A stretch of 63,992 nucleotides of DNA, the filler included, from Octopus bimaculoides (Eukaryota), in the NCBI RefSeq assembly GCF_001194135.2. It is 6 parts of 6 records of this genome, joined end to end, with 100 filler letters (N's around TTAATTAATTAA, not from the genome) between each part and the next. Parts side by side here need not be neighbours in the genome. Positions count along the whole stretch, not along the records: positions 1 to 24,816 come from NC_068989.1; 5 more parts are not named here. One strand, written 5' to 3'. Under the pieces are notes generated by a model. The model was not told where the DNA came from, did not search any database, and was given only the letters and a program-made list of their open reading frames with translations. How positions within the stretch are numbered: position 1 is the stretch's first letter; each line of letters begins with the position of its first letter. This document shows positions 1 through 12,753 of this stretch, piece by piece. The position numbers and the translations under genes are program-made.

Positions 1-181
1 TGGGCCCCACCTACGAAGTCATGCGCTGTTTACCTTGATATGAGATCACCATGTCTCGCACATATGGTTGTGATGCATGTGCCTGGTGTACCCTTATCAG
101 ACGGGTAGTCAAGATGGGTATAATGGGCTTCGTATATTTTATCCCAGTGTCACTTTGATGGCATGCTCTGCTCTCTCACTC
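1..181 (+). mobile_element. 3' part of a non-coding repeat ending in CTCTCTCACTC followed by (AAT)n (family D; putative R4/Dong 3' UTR or derivative)
   Basis: Near-identical to 12020-12200; both copies end at the same base and run into (AAT)n (182-222 here). Truncated by the window start. Confidence 0.7.
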
Positions 182-224
<43 letters not shown>

Positions 225-632
225 GTTTCAAAATTTGGCATAAGACCAGCAGTTTTGGAGGAGAGGATAAGTCGATTACATCGATCCCAGTACTCAACAG
301 GTACTTATTTTACCGCCATCACAAGGATGAAAGAATGTGTGTATATATGTATGCATATGTATGTATGTTTGTAAGTATCTCTCTTTCTAACTATCATCTA
401 TCTATATACATGTGTGAGTGTGTATGTTTGTGTGTGCGTATATCTGTTCTCATCCATCGCTTGACAACCTGTGCTGGTTTGTTAACGTCCCCGTTATCTA
501 ACAGCTGCGCGAGTAAAAAATAGACTTAAAAATATTATGTGAATAAATTTGTTCGACTACACTTTTAAAGGCGGTACCCCAATAAGGCTGCAGTCAAAGG
601 ACTGAATGTTGTAAAACAAAAAAAGTACTTTT

Positions 633-792
633 GGAGGCGTGGCTGTGTGGTAAGAAGCACGCTTTCGAACCACATCGATCCGGGTTCAGTCCCACTGCGT
701 GGCACCTTGGGCAAATGTCTTCTATTATACCCTCAGGCCGACCAAAGCCTTGTGAATGGATTTGGTAGACGGAAACTGAAAGAAGGCCATCG
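633..792 (+). mobile_element. tRNA-derived SINE family A, head module (followed by (TA)n and a gap)
   Basis: GGCGTGGCTGTGTGGTAAG (A-box-like), GGTTCAGTCCC (B-box-like), body ending GACGGAAACTGAAAGAAG; matches 3476-3625, 49467-49630 and 62385-62520. Confidence 0.8.
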
Positions 793-2036
793 TATATATA
801 TATATATATATATATATGTGNNNNNNNNNNNNNNNNNNNNNNNNNNNNNNNNNNNNNNNNNNNNNNNNNNNNNNNNNNNNNNNNNNNNNNNNNNNNNNNN
901 NNNNNNNNNNNNNNNNNNNNNNNNNNNNNNNNNNNNNNNNNNNNNNNNNNNNNNNNNNNNNNNNNNNNNNNNNNNNNNNNNNNNNNNNNNNNNNNNNNNN
1001 NNNNNNNNNNNNNNNNNNNNNNNNNNNNNNNNNNNNNNNNNNNNNNNNNNNNNNNNNNNNNNNNNNNNNNNNNNNNNNNNNNNNNNNNNNNNNNNNNNNN
1101 NNNNNNNNNNNNNNNNNNNNNNNNNNNNNNNNNNNNNNNNNNNNNNNNNNNNNNNNNNNNNNNNNNNNNNNNNNNNNNNNNNNNNNNNNNNNNNNNNNNN
1201 NNNNNNNNNNNNNNNNNNNNNNNNNNNNNNNNNNNNNNNNNNNNNNNNNNNNNNNNNNNNNNNNNNNNNNNNNNNNNNNNNNNNNNNNNNNNNNNNNNNN
1301 NNNNNNNNNNNNNNNNNNNNNNNNNNNNNNNNNNNNNNNNNNNNNNNNNNNNNNNNNNNNNNNNNNNNNNNNNNNNNNNNNNNNNNNNNNNNNNNNNNNN
1401 NNNNNNNNNNNNNNNNNNNNNNNNNNNNNNNNNNNNNNNNNNNNNNNNNNNNNNNNNNNNNNNNNNNNNNNNNNNNNNNNNNNNNNNNNNNNNNNNNNNN
1501 NNNNNNNNNNNNNNNNNNNNNNNNNNNNNNNNNNNNNNNNNNNNNNNNNNNNNNNNNNNNNNNNNNNNNNNNNNNNNNNNNNNNNNNNNNNNNNNNNNNN
1601 NNNNNNNNNNNNNNNNNNNNNNNNNNNNNNNNNNNNNNNNNNNNNNNNNNNNNNNNNNNNNNNNNNNNNNNNNNNNNNNNNNNNNNNNNNNNNNNNNNNN
1701 NNNNNNNNNNNNNNNNNNNNNNNNTATATATATATATATGTATGTGTGTGTATACAATGTATTTATATTATATAAATGTATGTGTATATATATATATATA
1801 TATATATACACAGACACACACACATATCCATTGTGGGGCAAAGAGCACACGCATGCACACACACACACACATATATATACACACACATATATAATGTAGT
1901 ATATATCATTATATTTGTATATGATTGTACATGTATATTTCTACACACACACACATATGCAGACATATCGTATTCATTGCACTTGACAACACTGTCCTCG
2001 AACAGTTATGAAATAATTAGTGATGCTTACCATTGG

Positions 2037-2075
<39 letters not shown>

Positions 2076-2245
2076 TACACACATACACACATACACACGC
2101 ACACATACACACACACACACACACACAGAGTAGAGTGACGAGATTGTCCTCGCATCAAATACATAACTAAACCCCAGGTACAACGAGCCAAGCAGTGCAA
2201 AATAGCTGACNNNNNNNNNNNNNNNNNNNNNNNNNNNNNNNNNCC

Positions 2246-2282
<37 letters not shown>

Positions 2283-2397
2283 CACATACACACACCAAAT
2301 ATTCACAGACTTGTATATGTTCTCTCATACATATTTACATACACATACACGTATTACCCAAACACAGGCATTGTATTTAATAATATATGTACTTCTA

Positions 2398-2441
<44 letters not shown>

Positions 2442-3475
2442 TTCAACCACGGTAGTGGTTGTATATATTCTTAAGTCCACCATTTCNNNNNNNNNNNNNN
2501 NNNNNNNNNNNNNNNNNNNNNNNNNNNNNNNNNNNNNNNNNNNNNNNNNNNNNNNNNNNNNNNNNNNNNNNNNNNNNNNNNNNNNNNNNNNNNNNNNNNN
2601 NNNNNNNNNNNNNNNNNNNNNNNNNNNNNNNNNNNNNNNNNNNNNNNNNNNNNNNNNNNNNNNNNNNNNNNNNNNNNNNNNNNNNNNNNNNNNNNNNNNN
2701 NNNNNNNNNNNNNNNNNNNNNNNNNNNNNNNNNNNNNNNNNNNNNNNNNNNNNNNNNNNNNNNNNNNNNNNNNNNNNNNNNNNNNNNNNNNNNNNNNNNN
2801 NNNNNNNNNNNNNNNNNNNNNNNNNNNNNNNNNNNNNNNNNNNNNNNNNNNNNNNNNNNNNNNNNNNNNNNNNNNNNNNNNNNNNNNNNNNNNNNNNNNN
2901 NNNNATTAGCGCGCCAGGTGAAATTCTTAACTGTATTTCGTCTGATTTTGAGTTCAAATTTCGCCGAGGTCGACTTTGACGTACAGATTCTTTCACTAAC
3001 TTTTTTTTTTTTTTTTTTAACTAAACCCTTTCAAACTTCCGATACTGGTAGAACGTGTCACACAGAACAGGCTTTACTCTTAACGTTTTTGAAAAAAATT
3101 CACATTTAGAAGCAGTGTTTCCTCTGTCTTTACGTTCTGATTTAAAATTCTGTCCCGGTCGACTTTACCTTACATCGATTTCGGATCTATTCAACTAGAC
3201 GTACAGATTATTTAATTAATTTTTAAAAAAACTAAACCCTTTCAAACTTCCGATGCTAGTAGAATGTGTCACACAGAACAGGGTTTACTCTTAAGGTTTT
3301 GGACAAAATTTTGTATTTTAGAAGTTATTTCGTCAGAAGTTACAGAGAGACAATGGACAAATTTGTGTTTGATAAGTGCCAATACACGAATCTCTCAGCT
3401 TTTGATTTACTCTCTGGAATGATATATATACATATTACATATATATTACATATATTACATATATGATATATATGT

Positions 3476-3897
3476 AGGCGTAAGAGTAGCTGTGTGGTAG
3501 CTTGCTTACGAACCACATGATTCCGGGTTCAGTCCCACTGCGTGGCACCTTGGGCAAGTGTCTTCTACTATAGCCTCGGGCCGACAAAAGCCTTGTGAGT
3601 GGATTTGGTAGACGGAAACTGAAAGAAGCCCGTCGATTATATGTATATATATATGTTTGAGTGCGTGTATGTTTGTATGTCTGTGTTTGTCCCCCAACAT
3701 CGCTTGACAACCGATGCTGGTGTGTTTACGTCCCCGTAACTTAGCGGTTCGGCAAAAGGACCGATAGAATAAGTACTAGGCTTACAAAGAATAAGTCCTG
3801 GAGTCGATTTGCTCGACTAAAGGCGGTGCTTCAGCATGGCCGCATTCAAATGACTGAAACAAGTAAAAGAGTAAAGAATATTACATATATGTGTAAA
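3476..3897 (+). mobile_element. Full-length bipartite SINE family A: tRNA head/body + internal (TA/TG)n microsatellite + second module with (AGTAAAAG)-type tail
   Basis: The same three-part arrangement recurs at 49467-49890, 23721-24088, 62385-62763 and 63330-63750; isolated second modules at 440-615, 18760-18960 (-), 22320-22535 and 31485-31675 (-). Confidence 0.85.
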
Positions 3898-5880
3898 GAA
3901 ATATCGTCACGCAATCGAACCAATGAAAGAGCCTCTACCTGGTCGCTCGACACAAAAAATAGCAGCCAAAGTATCCTCCTGCCTAAATCACACGCCCATT
4001 GTATGTAATATCCTAGATTATCCCTAAAAAGACGGTTTGCTGAAGGCTGGAATATCTTTGATGATACGTTTGCAGTATCAGAGTTTATTTGAGGCTAAAT
4101 AACAACATTATGGTCAATTTCTATATTTACACCCGTACGATTTTCACTAAGAAAAAAAAAATTGAGTTTTTGCGTGGANNNNNNNNNNNNNNNNNNNNNN
4201 NNNNNNNNNNNNNNNNNNNNNNNNNNNNNNNNNNNNNNNNNNNNNNNNNNNNNNNNNNNNNNNNNNNNNNNNNNNNNNNNNNNNNNNNNNNNNNNNNNNN
4301 NNNNNNNNNNNNNNNNNNNNNNNNNNNNNNNNNNNNNNNNNNNNNNNNNNNNNNNNNNNNNNNNNNNNNNNNNNNNNNNNNNNNNNNNNNNNNNNNNNNN
4401 NNNNNNNNNNNNNNNNNNNNNNNNNNNNNNNNNNNNNNNNNNNNNNNNNNNNNNNNNNNNNNNNNNNNNNNNNNNNNNNNNNNNNNNNNNNNNNNNNNNN
4501 NNNNNNNNNNNNNNNNNNNNNNNNNNNNNNNNNNNNNNNNNNNNNNNNNNNNNNNNNNNNNNNNNNNNNNNNNNNNNNNNNNNNNNNNNNNNNNNNNNNN
4601 NNNNNNNNNNNNNNNNNNNNNNNNNNNNNNNNNNNNNNNNNNNNNNNNNNNNNNNNNNNNNNNNNNNNNNNNNNNNNNNNNNNNNNNNNNNNNNNNNNNN
4701 NNNNNNNNNNNNNNNNNNNNNNNNNNNNNNNNNNNNNNNNNNNNNNNNNNNNNNNNNNNNNNNNNNNNNNNNNNNNNNNNNNNNNNNNNNNNNNNNNNNN
4801 NNNNNNNNNNNNNNNNNNNNNNNNNNNNNNNNNNNNNNNNNNNNNNNNNNNNNNNNNNNNNNNNNNNNNNNNNNNNNNNNNNNNNNNNNNNNNNNNNNNN
4901 NNNNNNNNNNNNNNNNNNNNNNNNNNNNNNNNNNNNNNNNNNNNNNNNNNNNNNNNNNNNNNNNNNNNNNNNAGATTCTTTATGTGAGTTCGTGTGTTGA
5001 AGCATATTCTGTTGTGTCTGGGGAGAGTCATTCTCTTTTGGTGCCTTATAATTTAACACACTCACCGGTAAAATTTCCACTTGTTTCTTTTTTATTTTTC
5101 TAAAATTTTCTTTGCGTCTTGCAACCTTTTTAATGTCTGATGATACGCTTGGTCAACCGGAGCTTCTGTGACATCCAGTTTAATAACACGGAAAATAGAC
5201 CTTGCTGTATCAATCGTCAGATGGACAACCAGCTTAAAGTTTAATAGTAAATATAGAAAGATGAACTGGTGAAATCAACTTTCGACTGTACATGTGTCAA
5301 GAAGATAATATAAAGTAGCGTAACTTTTTACTAATTACTTTCATAAGATCAGTTGCCTCCGTTAAATTATCTAAGACCGAAAAAATAGAAATATGGTAAA
5401 TTCTGAAACCGCACCCCACAAGCGAAAACAAAGACAAAACCAGAAATAATGTATAGAAGGAATAATGTATATATTTGTATAATCCCATGGGAAGTTACAG
5501 TAATGCAAATCTGTTTAAACTGGTGGTTTGATGTTTATTGTTGTAATGTTAGCTATCTTAGGTATTTCGGGTTGCCTGTTTGTTAGTTCTGTAATGATGT
5601 ATACATACATACATGCATAGATACATAGATACATACGTACATACATACATACATACAAGCATGCCCAAAGAAGTCGCACGACTCTACCGCAACGTATCAT
5701 CAGATGAAAGGATGAGCCTATATGAGCAGAAGACTATACATGGATAGCGATCAGAGTTTCATGTTCCCGTTCGTCGGACAGTTGCGATCATCTCTATGTA
5801 TGCATGTATGTATGTACACACACACACACACGTACACACAGAGACACAGACACAGACACACAGACACACAGACACATAAA

Positions 5881-5960
<80 letters not shown>

Positions 5961-6590
5961 ATTTTTCACACACATACATAATTTTTCATTGTGAAAACTT
6001 AGTTCTTTTCACAGTATCTGTTGCTTTCGCTCGTCAGTTTATCATTCTTGCTTATATTACTTTTCGCAACACGTATTATGAAATCGACAGTTATGCACCT
6101 AAATAATTTCTTTTTGTACACTTTGGCACCATCTATTACTCAACACACGCACTGTTCCTTCACATTTTTTCTATATCACATATATTGTTGGTTTAAAAAA
6201 ATTTTTTTTACATTATTTCAATCTCAGAACATTGTACCGGTTAACATTTTTCATATGAGAGATAATTATTACTTCTAATTATATGATATCTTTCATTTTT
6301 TCGATAAACGGACGAACACAGGCGTCGAACACAGGCGTCGAACACATGCAGCCAAGACGCCTCCTGTCAGACATGCATTACTTTTACAAATATCTTGAAG
6401 GTATTTCTACGTTGAACAATGACATTGAAATAAGCTAGCTTTCTTTTTTTTCTTTGTAATATTCTAATTAAAAAAAAAAAATGAAATCACATTCACTTAT
6501 ATATCAAGTGGAATCATCATCGACTGTGTACTGATGAACACCTTACTGTTGATGAGTCTTTCGCAATATTATACTATATATATATAGGCG

Positions 6591-7071
6591 CAGCAAAATT
6601 AGAAATATAATATTTCTAAATCTCTCAGAGAGATTTAAGCAGTAGTGGAGCGACAAAGTTGTAGTATATTGTCAACTTAATGTGACGATGACGAGTAAAG
6701 ACTCAGAAACATGTCCCTGAATGCTGCCTAGGCTGGGTGGGGGAGCTTGTCTCCCCTTCACAAACTTAAGGACACAGTAATTGTGTCAAGGCCGACAGGA
6801 AGCGGTCCAGCTTCCTAGGGCTAAACAGCAGTAGTGTATTCCCTTATTGGGATTGTCACATTAAGTTGACAATATACTACAACTTTGTCGCTCCACTACT
6901 GCTTAAATCTCTCTGAGAGATTTAGAAATATTATATTTCTAATTTTGCTGATCAGTGAATGAACTTCACTATGATTTACATAAGTTTGTGAAAGAGAAAC
7001 AGGCGTCTCTATCCAGCTGGAAAGCTACTTCAGGCTGATGACGAGCAAAAACTCAGAAACATGTCCCTGAA
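6591..7071 (+). mobile_element. Hammerhead-containing tandem element (non-LTR retrozyme-like): 350-nt monomer plus a 96-bp 5' inversion
   Basis: GATGACGAG..CTCAGAAACATGTCCCTGAA repeats at 6687 and 7037 (period 350). 6591-6686 is the exact reverse complement of 6855-6950. Right end is lost in a 100-N gap. Confidence 0.75.
7029..7071 (+). ncRNA. Minimal type I hammerhead ribozyme motif
   Basis: TTCAGG (stem I) CTGATGA CGAG-CAAAAA-CTCA (stem II: GAG/CTC with a C.A closing mismatch) GAAA CATG (palindromic stem III) TC | CCTGAA (stem I'). GUC cleavage triplet ends at 7065; 6-bp perfect stem I. Confidence 0.75.
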
Positions 7072-7687
7072 NNNNNNNNNNNNNNNNNNNNNNNNNNNNN
7101 NNNNNNNNNNNNNNNNNNNNNNNNNNNNNNNNNNNNNNNNNNNNNNNNNNNNNNNNNNNNNNNNNNNNNNNTATATATATATATATATACATACATATAT
7201 GCATACATATATAAATACATACATGAACACACGCACACGTGTCTGTTTGTGTTTGTGTGTGAGACCATGTATGTATAACATACATTACATTTACACATAC
7301 AATATAGCCTATGTATATATATGTATATATTCCTATATTTGACAATATATATACATATATTTATATATACATATATGTATGCATATATTAATTGACGGGC
7401 ATGTGTATCTAAGCATATATGTATGTATAATATAATATAATATGATATAATATATATTATATTAATAGATAGATGACAACATCAACATGAGGAACAATGA
7501 TGATAATGCGGTCAAGTAGTGGCCAAAATTATTTGTCCTCTACAAGGGGTCTGGCAGCTGCAAGCCCTTGTTAGGATAGGTTTAATTAAAGATGTGTCAA
7601 AAAATAGAAGAAAGAAAATGATTTTTAAACCAAAAGTCTGTCTGTCTGTATGTATGAATGTTTGCATGTATGTATTCAAGTATACTA

Positions 7688-7736
<49 letters not shown>

Positions 7737-7999
7737 TATTTGTATTACATGTATGTATATGTATGCGCGCGCGTGTGTGTATGTGTGTATAAGAGCGTTG
7801 TAGTTCGCTTGAAGCTTTATAGTATTGAAGAACGTAAAAAAGAGAAAAAACGGAAAGCTTCTGATAATGCGGTAAGTATTACAAAGCCATTATATTTCAG
7901 CTGCAACGGCCCATCTTCAGAAGAAAAACAGTCTGGAAAACATGTCCAGTTACAAAGATTCCGTTAACCCGTTCAAATCACCTAGCATTACGCTACGTA

Positions 8000-9030
8000 A
8001 CGTTAGAGGATCTGAACGGATTAACGGAATCTGCACAACTGAAAGCTACAAGTTCTCTACGGAGATGACACCATCAACAAAAGTATTGTGCACAGATGAA
8101 TAAAGAAGCTTAAAGTAGCGGGGAAACCAGCATTGAAAACAAACCATACAGCTGGAGGCCATCAGCTGCGACCACTGACTCGAATCGCCAGCGAGTGGAC
8201 GAATGAATATGCGTCTTCAGATGAGTCCCAATCTGTGAGCTTATTGCAAAGTCAAGCTTACTGCTTTGACTGTGGGGGTAATGAATTATAGAAAATGCTC
8301 GAACATTCGGGCATCGAAAAGTGTATGCAAATCGGCTACCTCGGCAATTGACAACTGATTTTGAAGGAGAGGTGGTTCGAAGTTTGCTCTGATCTGCTGG
8401 AAGCATTTGGAGCCAATGAAAACACGTTTTTGCTTTCAATTTAGTTATAGCAGATGAAATGTCTCCGTATCTTTATAATCTGGAAAGGAAATGGAGCTAC
8501 ACATGTGAAATGGAGCTATACCTCTTCTTCAGAGCTAAGAAATTCAGGAGCCGTCGATCGGCACAAAAAGTGAGGCTGACAGTTCTTTGGGGTGATAAGA
8601 ATATCATCGTCATTCTCCTTCATATTCTGGAACGTGGTTCTACCATAAACAGCGAGAGGTACACCGAAGCTCTCAAAAAGTTTTGAGAAGCTATTAAAGG
8701 GAAGACACCGGAGAATCTGAAAGACAACCCACATTCACCATGATAACGCCCGTCCAGTCCACACATTTTTGGCAACAAATCAGACAATCATCAAATTGGA
8801 CTGGTCACTGGACGTCCATCTACCATACAGCCAGGATTTGGTATGGTATCCTTTGATTCTCACCTGTTCAGTTCAATGAAGGTAAGTCTTCAGGGACAAA
8901 GATTTGATGACAAAAACAAGGCTAAAGTGGCTGTAAAAAAGTGGCTACAACAGTGCATACCTGAGTTTTTCAAAGAAAATTCGGGAGTTAAACGATAGCA
9001 TAAATGAATTGCTTGCGATTAGTTTAGTTG
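8000..9030 (+). pseudogene. Decayed mariner (Tc1/mariner) transposase
   Basis: Frameshifted pieces read YGDDTINKSIVHR, FGHRKVYA..LPRQLTT, KKFRSRRSAQKVRLTVLW..INSERYTEALKK, DNARP and LPYSQD: HTH and DD34D-region remnants. Confidence 0.75.
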
Positions 9031-10100
9031 TCCCTTTGTATAGAAGAGTTACTCTCCCAAATGTGCACCTTGAACGACTTATGTCAGTTAATAGAAAAAA
9101 ACGTCATGTCAATTTTCGGTTGAAAGTGATGCACAAGGGAACATGACTGTTTCCATTGGAACCACAAGGTAAATGATTTGGGGTAGGGGCCAGTCGTTTG
9201 ACTGGCTCTTAACCAAAATTAACTCAAACAGCTACAAAGTACATTATTTCATTGATCTCAAAAGGACGAAATGCAAAGTTGGCGACGAGGGGATTTGAAA
9301 TCAGAATCTAAAGAGCCGAAATAAGTACCATGAAGCATTTCATCTGACGCTCTAACGATTCTGCCATATCGCCGCCTTTAATTGTTTCTAACATCGAGAC
9401 AGGTTCCGAAATTTCGAGTGAGGGATTTATACAATGCTGTCGACTCCTGCGTTTGACTCGTACTTTATTTTATTGACTCTGAAAGGATGAAATTAAAACT
9501 TGAGTTTGGCGGGATTTGAACTCAGAACTTAAAGAGCAGGAATAGCAGCAATACAACAACGACAACAACGACAATGACGACGATGACGACGACGACGACA
9601 ACAACAACAACAGTAAACGAGCCAAAGATTTCCGACCAAGGGAACATAAACAGATCTTATAATAAGATCTGATGTAGAGTCGTTTATCCGTTTACCAAAG
9701 CCCAAAATTATGTAAGTAATGGATTCTATGAGAGTGGCGCCGGATTAAAAAATATAAATATATAAATAAAAAACAAGAACGTAAAAGAAACAACAACAAC
9801 AACAACATATATAACAACATGAACAACAGGGGATGTATGACACGGTTGACGTAGCAGCCGGCTTACGATACCAACCGCCATAGTAATAATAATTACTACA
9901 ATTATATTAATAATAACGATCATGGCAGGCATGCCGAAGTAAATTGAATTATTCCTATCCAGTCAGCCCAGTATGTATGTGTGTATGTATGTATGTGTGT
10001 GTGTATGTATGTATGTATGTATGTATGTATGTATGTATGTATGTATGTATGTATGTATGTTTGAATTATGTGTACATGTATGCATACATATACGTATGTG

Positions 10101-10131
<31 letters not shown>

Positions 10132-11242
10132 ATATATATATATNNNNNNNNNNNNNNNNNNNNNNNNNNNNNNNNNNNNNNNNNNNNNNNNNNNNNNNNN
10201 NNNNNNNNNNNNNNNNNNNNNNNNNNNNNNNNNNNNNNNNNNNNNNNNNNNNNNNNNNNNNNNNNNNNNNNNNNNNNNNNNNNNNNNNNNNNNNNNNNNN
10301 NNNNNNNNNNNNNNNNNNNNNNNNNNNNNNNNNNNNNNNNNNNNNNNNNNNNNNNNNNNNNNNNNNNNNNNNNNNNNNNNNNNNNNNNNNNNNNNNNNNN
10401 NNNNNNNNNNNNNNNNNNNNNNNNNNNNNNNNNNNNNNNNNNNNNNNNNNNNNNNNNNNNNNNNNNNNNNNNNNNNNNNNNNNNNNNNNNNNNNNNNNNN
10501 NNNNNNNNNNNNNNNNNNNNNNNNNNNNNNNNNNNNNNNNNNNNNNNNNNNNNNNNNNNNNNNNNNNNNNNNNNNNNNNNNNNNNNNNNNNNNNNNNNNN
10601 NNNNNNNNNNNNNNNNNNNNNNNNNNNNNNNNNNNNNNNNNNNNNNNNNNNNNNNNNNNNNNNNNNNNNNNNNNNNNNNNNNNNNNNNNNNNNNNNNNNN
10701 NNNNNNNNNNNNNNNNNNNNNNNNNNNNNNNNNNNNNNNNNNNNNNNNNNNNNNNNNNNNNNNNNNNNNNNNNNNNNNNNNTATGTATGTATGCATGTAT
10801 GTATGTATGTATGTATGTATGTATGTGTGTGTGTTGTGCGTGTGCGTGCGCATGCGCACACACAATCCTGTAGGTAATCTTATATTTCAAAGTGTGAAGT
10901 TTCGGGGGTTCATTAGGTTCTTAAGTCCTATAACTGTCAAATATCGCGTGGGTGGTGGGTGTAGCACGTCTATTTCGTGATTTAACTCCCCCCCCCTAAA
11001 TATTAACCCCACCACATATATATGTGTGTGTAAATGCATTCATAATTACGTTTGTGTGTATGTATACATGTGCGTATTTATATATGGTGTGTTTATTTTT
11101 ACAGTTTCAAACAATGCAAGACGTGATGATATAAAACTATTTATATTATGAGAGAAATATATTTATTAATATGAATACAGTTTGTATGGGAGCTTGGGAC
11201 CTCATAATAACATGCGCATTAGTAATGATAACAATAACAATG

Positions 11243-11285
<43 letters not shown>

Positions 11286-11611
11286 TTTCATTTATTTGCC
11301 ACAAGGGCGTTGGCTGAAGGAACAATACAAAGACAGACGTAATATTGTGGTTTACATATAACGAAATGATTAAAAAAAATTAAGTATACATGTTATACAT
11401 TGAAAAAGAAGGGACGTATATGGAACATACTAAAGCTAAGAAAAAAAAAAGTGTGGCGGAAAGGATGATAAAAAAATGGCGGAGAGAAGGCCCTCCTGAC
11501 ACAGGAAGGCCTCTAAGGATAATCGAGGAACCCCACTGTCCGAGATTTCCCTGAAAGCCCCAAAACAAGTACCCTCCCCAATTCCTTCTCTCCGACTCAC
11601 AGGTCTACACT

Positions 11612-11840
11612 TTTTTCTACTAAAGGCACAAGGCCTGAAATTTTGGGTGAGTGGTGAGTTGGGGGTGGGCTAGTCGATTTCATCAACCCCAGTGTTTCGC
11701 TGGTACTTAATTTATCGACCCCGAAAGGATGAAAGGCAAAGTCGACCTCGGCGGAATTTGAACTCAGAACATGAAGACGGACGAAATGCCGCTCAGCAGT
11801 TTGCCCGGCGTGCTGACGATTCTGCCAACTCACCGCCTTA
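11612..11840 (-). mobile_element. tRNA-derived SINE family B (about 220 bp, (ATT)n tail)
   Basis: Sense strand AAGGCGGTGAGTTGGCAGAATCG (A-box-like), GAGTTCAAATTCC (B-box-like), CTTTCATCCTTTCGGGGTCGATAAATTAAGTACCAG core. Many further copies, e.g. 12780-13001, 14682-14884, 58065-58280 (+), 59820-59984, 62121-62290. Confidence 0.85.
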
Positions 11841-11847
11841 CTACTTA

Positions 11848-11906
<59 letters not shown>

Positions 11907-11920
11907 ATAATAATAATAAT

Positions 11921-12200
11921 ACTATGGAAACATGGGTCTTTTGCTCAACATCCTTAAACAAACCTTATTCAGGGACCTTTTGAGCGGGATGGGCTACTCG
12001 ACCTGAAGAAAATTCTAACTGGGCCCCACCTGCGTGGTCATGCGCTGTTTATCTTGATATGAGATCACTATGTTGCGCAAATATGGTTGTGATGCATGTG
12101 CCTGGTGTACCCTTATCAGACGGGTAGTCATGATGGGTATAATGGGCTTCGTATATTTTACCCCAGTGTCACTTTGATGGCATGCACTGCTCTCTCACTC
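11921..12200 (+). mobile_element. Family D element, 280 bp, flanked on both sides by (AAT)n
   Basis: (AAT)n at 11906-11920 and 12201-12224; the 3' 180 bp matches 1-181. Confidence 0.7.
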
Positions 12201-12504
12201 AATAATAATAATAATAATAATAATGATTTCTTTATTAACCACAAGGGTTTACATTAAGAAAAACATTATGGACAGCACAGGACAAAACAAATCCTTTCTA
12301 TTGAAGGCACAAGACCTGAAATTTGAGGAGGGGGGGATAATCGATTACATCGACCCCAGTACTTAGCTGGCACTTGTCTTTTGCTGTAGCTAATCTTTTC
12401 TACCAAGACAAAGCATGTAGATGATAACACTTCCAATCATTTAAGATCAGAAGCCATGAGCGCCAGAGCCTGGTACTGCATCAGGACATATAGATAAAAA
12501 AATA

Positions 12505-12753
12505 AAATGCGTCCTTTTAAAGCCTAGCCAGGCTCATGGGCCCGGTTTCCCGGTTTCAATGGCGTATGCGTTCCCCAGCTGGACGGGACGCCAGTCCATC
12601 GCAGCGTTACTCATTTTTGCCAGCTGAGTGGACTGGAGCAACGTGAAATGAAGTGTTTTGCTCAAGAACATAACGTGTCGCCCGGTCCAGGAATCGAAAC
12701 CACAATCGTATGATCATGATGCTGACACCCTAACCACTAAGCCACGCGCCTCC
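12505..12753 (-). mobile_element. tRNA-derived SINE family C
   Basis: Sense GGAGGCGCGTGGCTTAGTGGTTAGG (A-box), GGTTTCGATTCC (B-box), then TTGAGCAAAACACTTCATTTCACGTTGCTCCAGTCCACTCAGCTG; related copy at 41391-41645 (+). Confidence 0.75.

Noticed and set aside
633-720. tRNA-like A/B boxes in SINE heads (also 12700, 41391, 50900)
   Set aside because: No cloverleaf or anticodon arm can be supported and each continues into SINE body; these are not tRNA genes.
5095-5232. Minus-strand 46-codon open stretch (LVVHLTIDTARSIF..KILEK*)
   Set aside because: Weak acceptor, phase incompatible with the upstream candidate gene, no recognisable motif, and it abuts repeat-like sequence.
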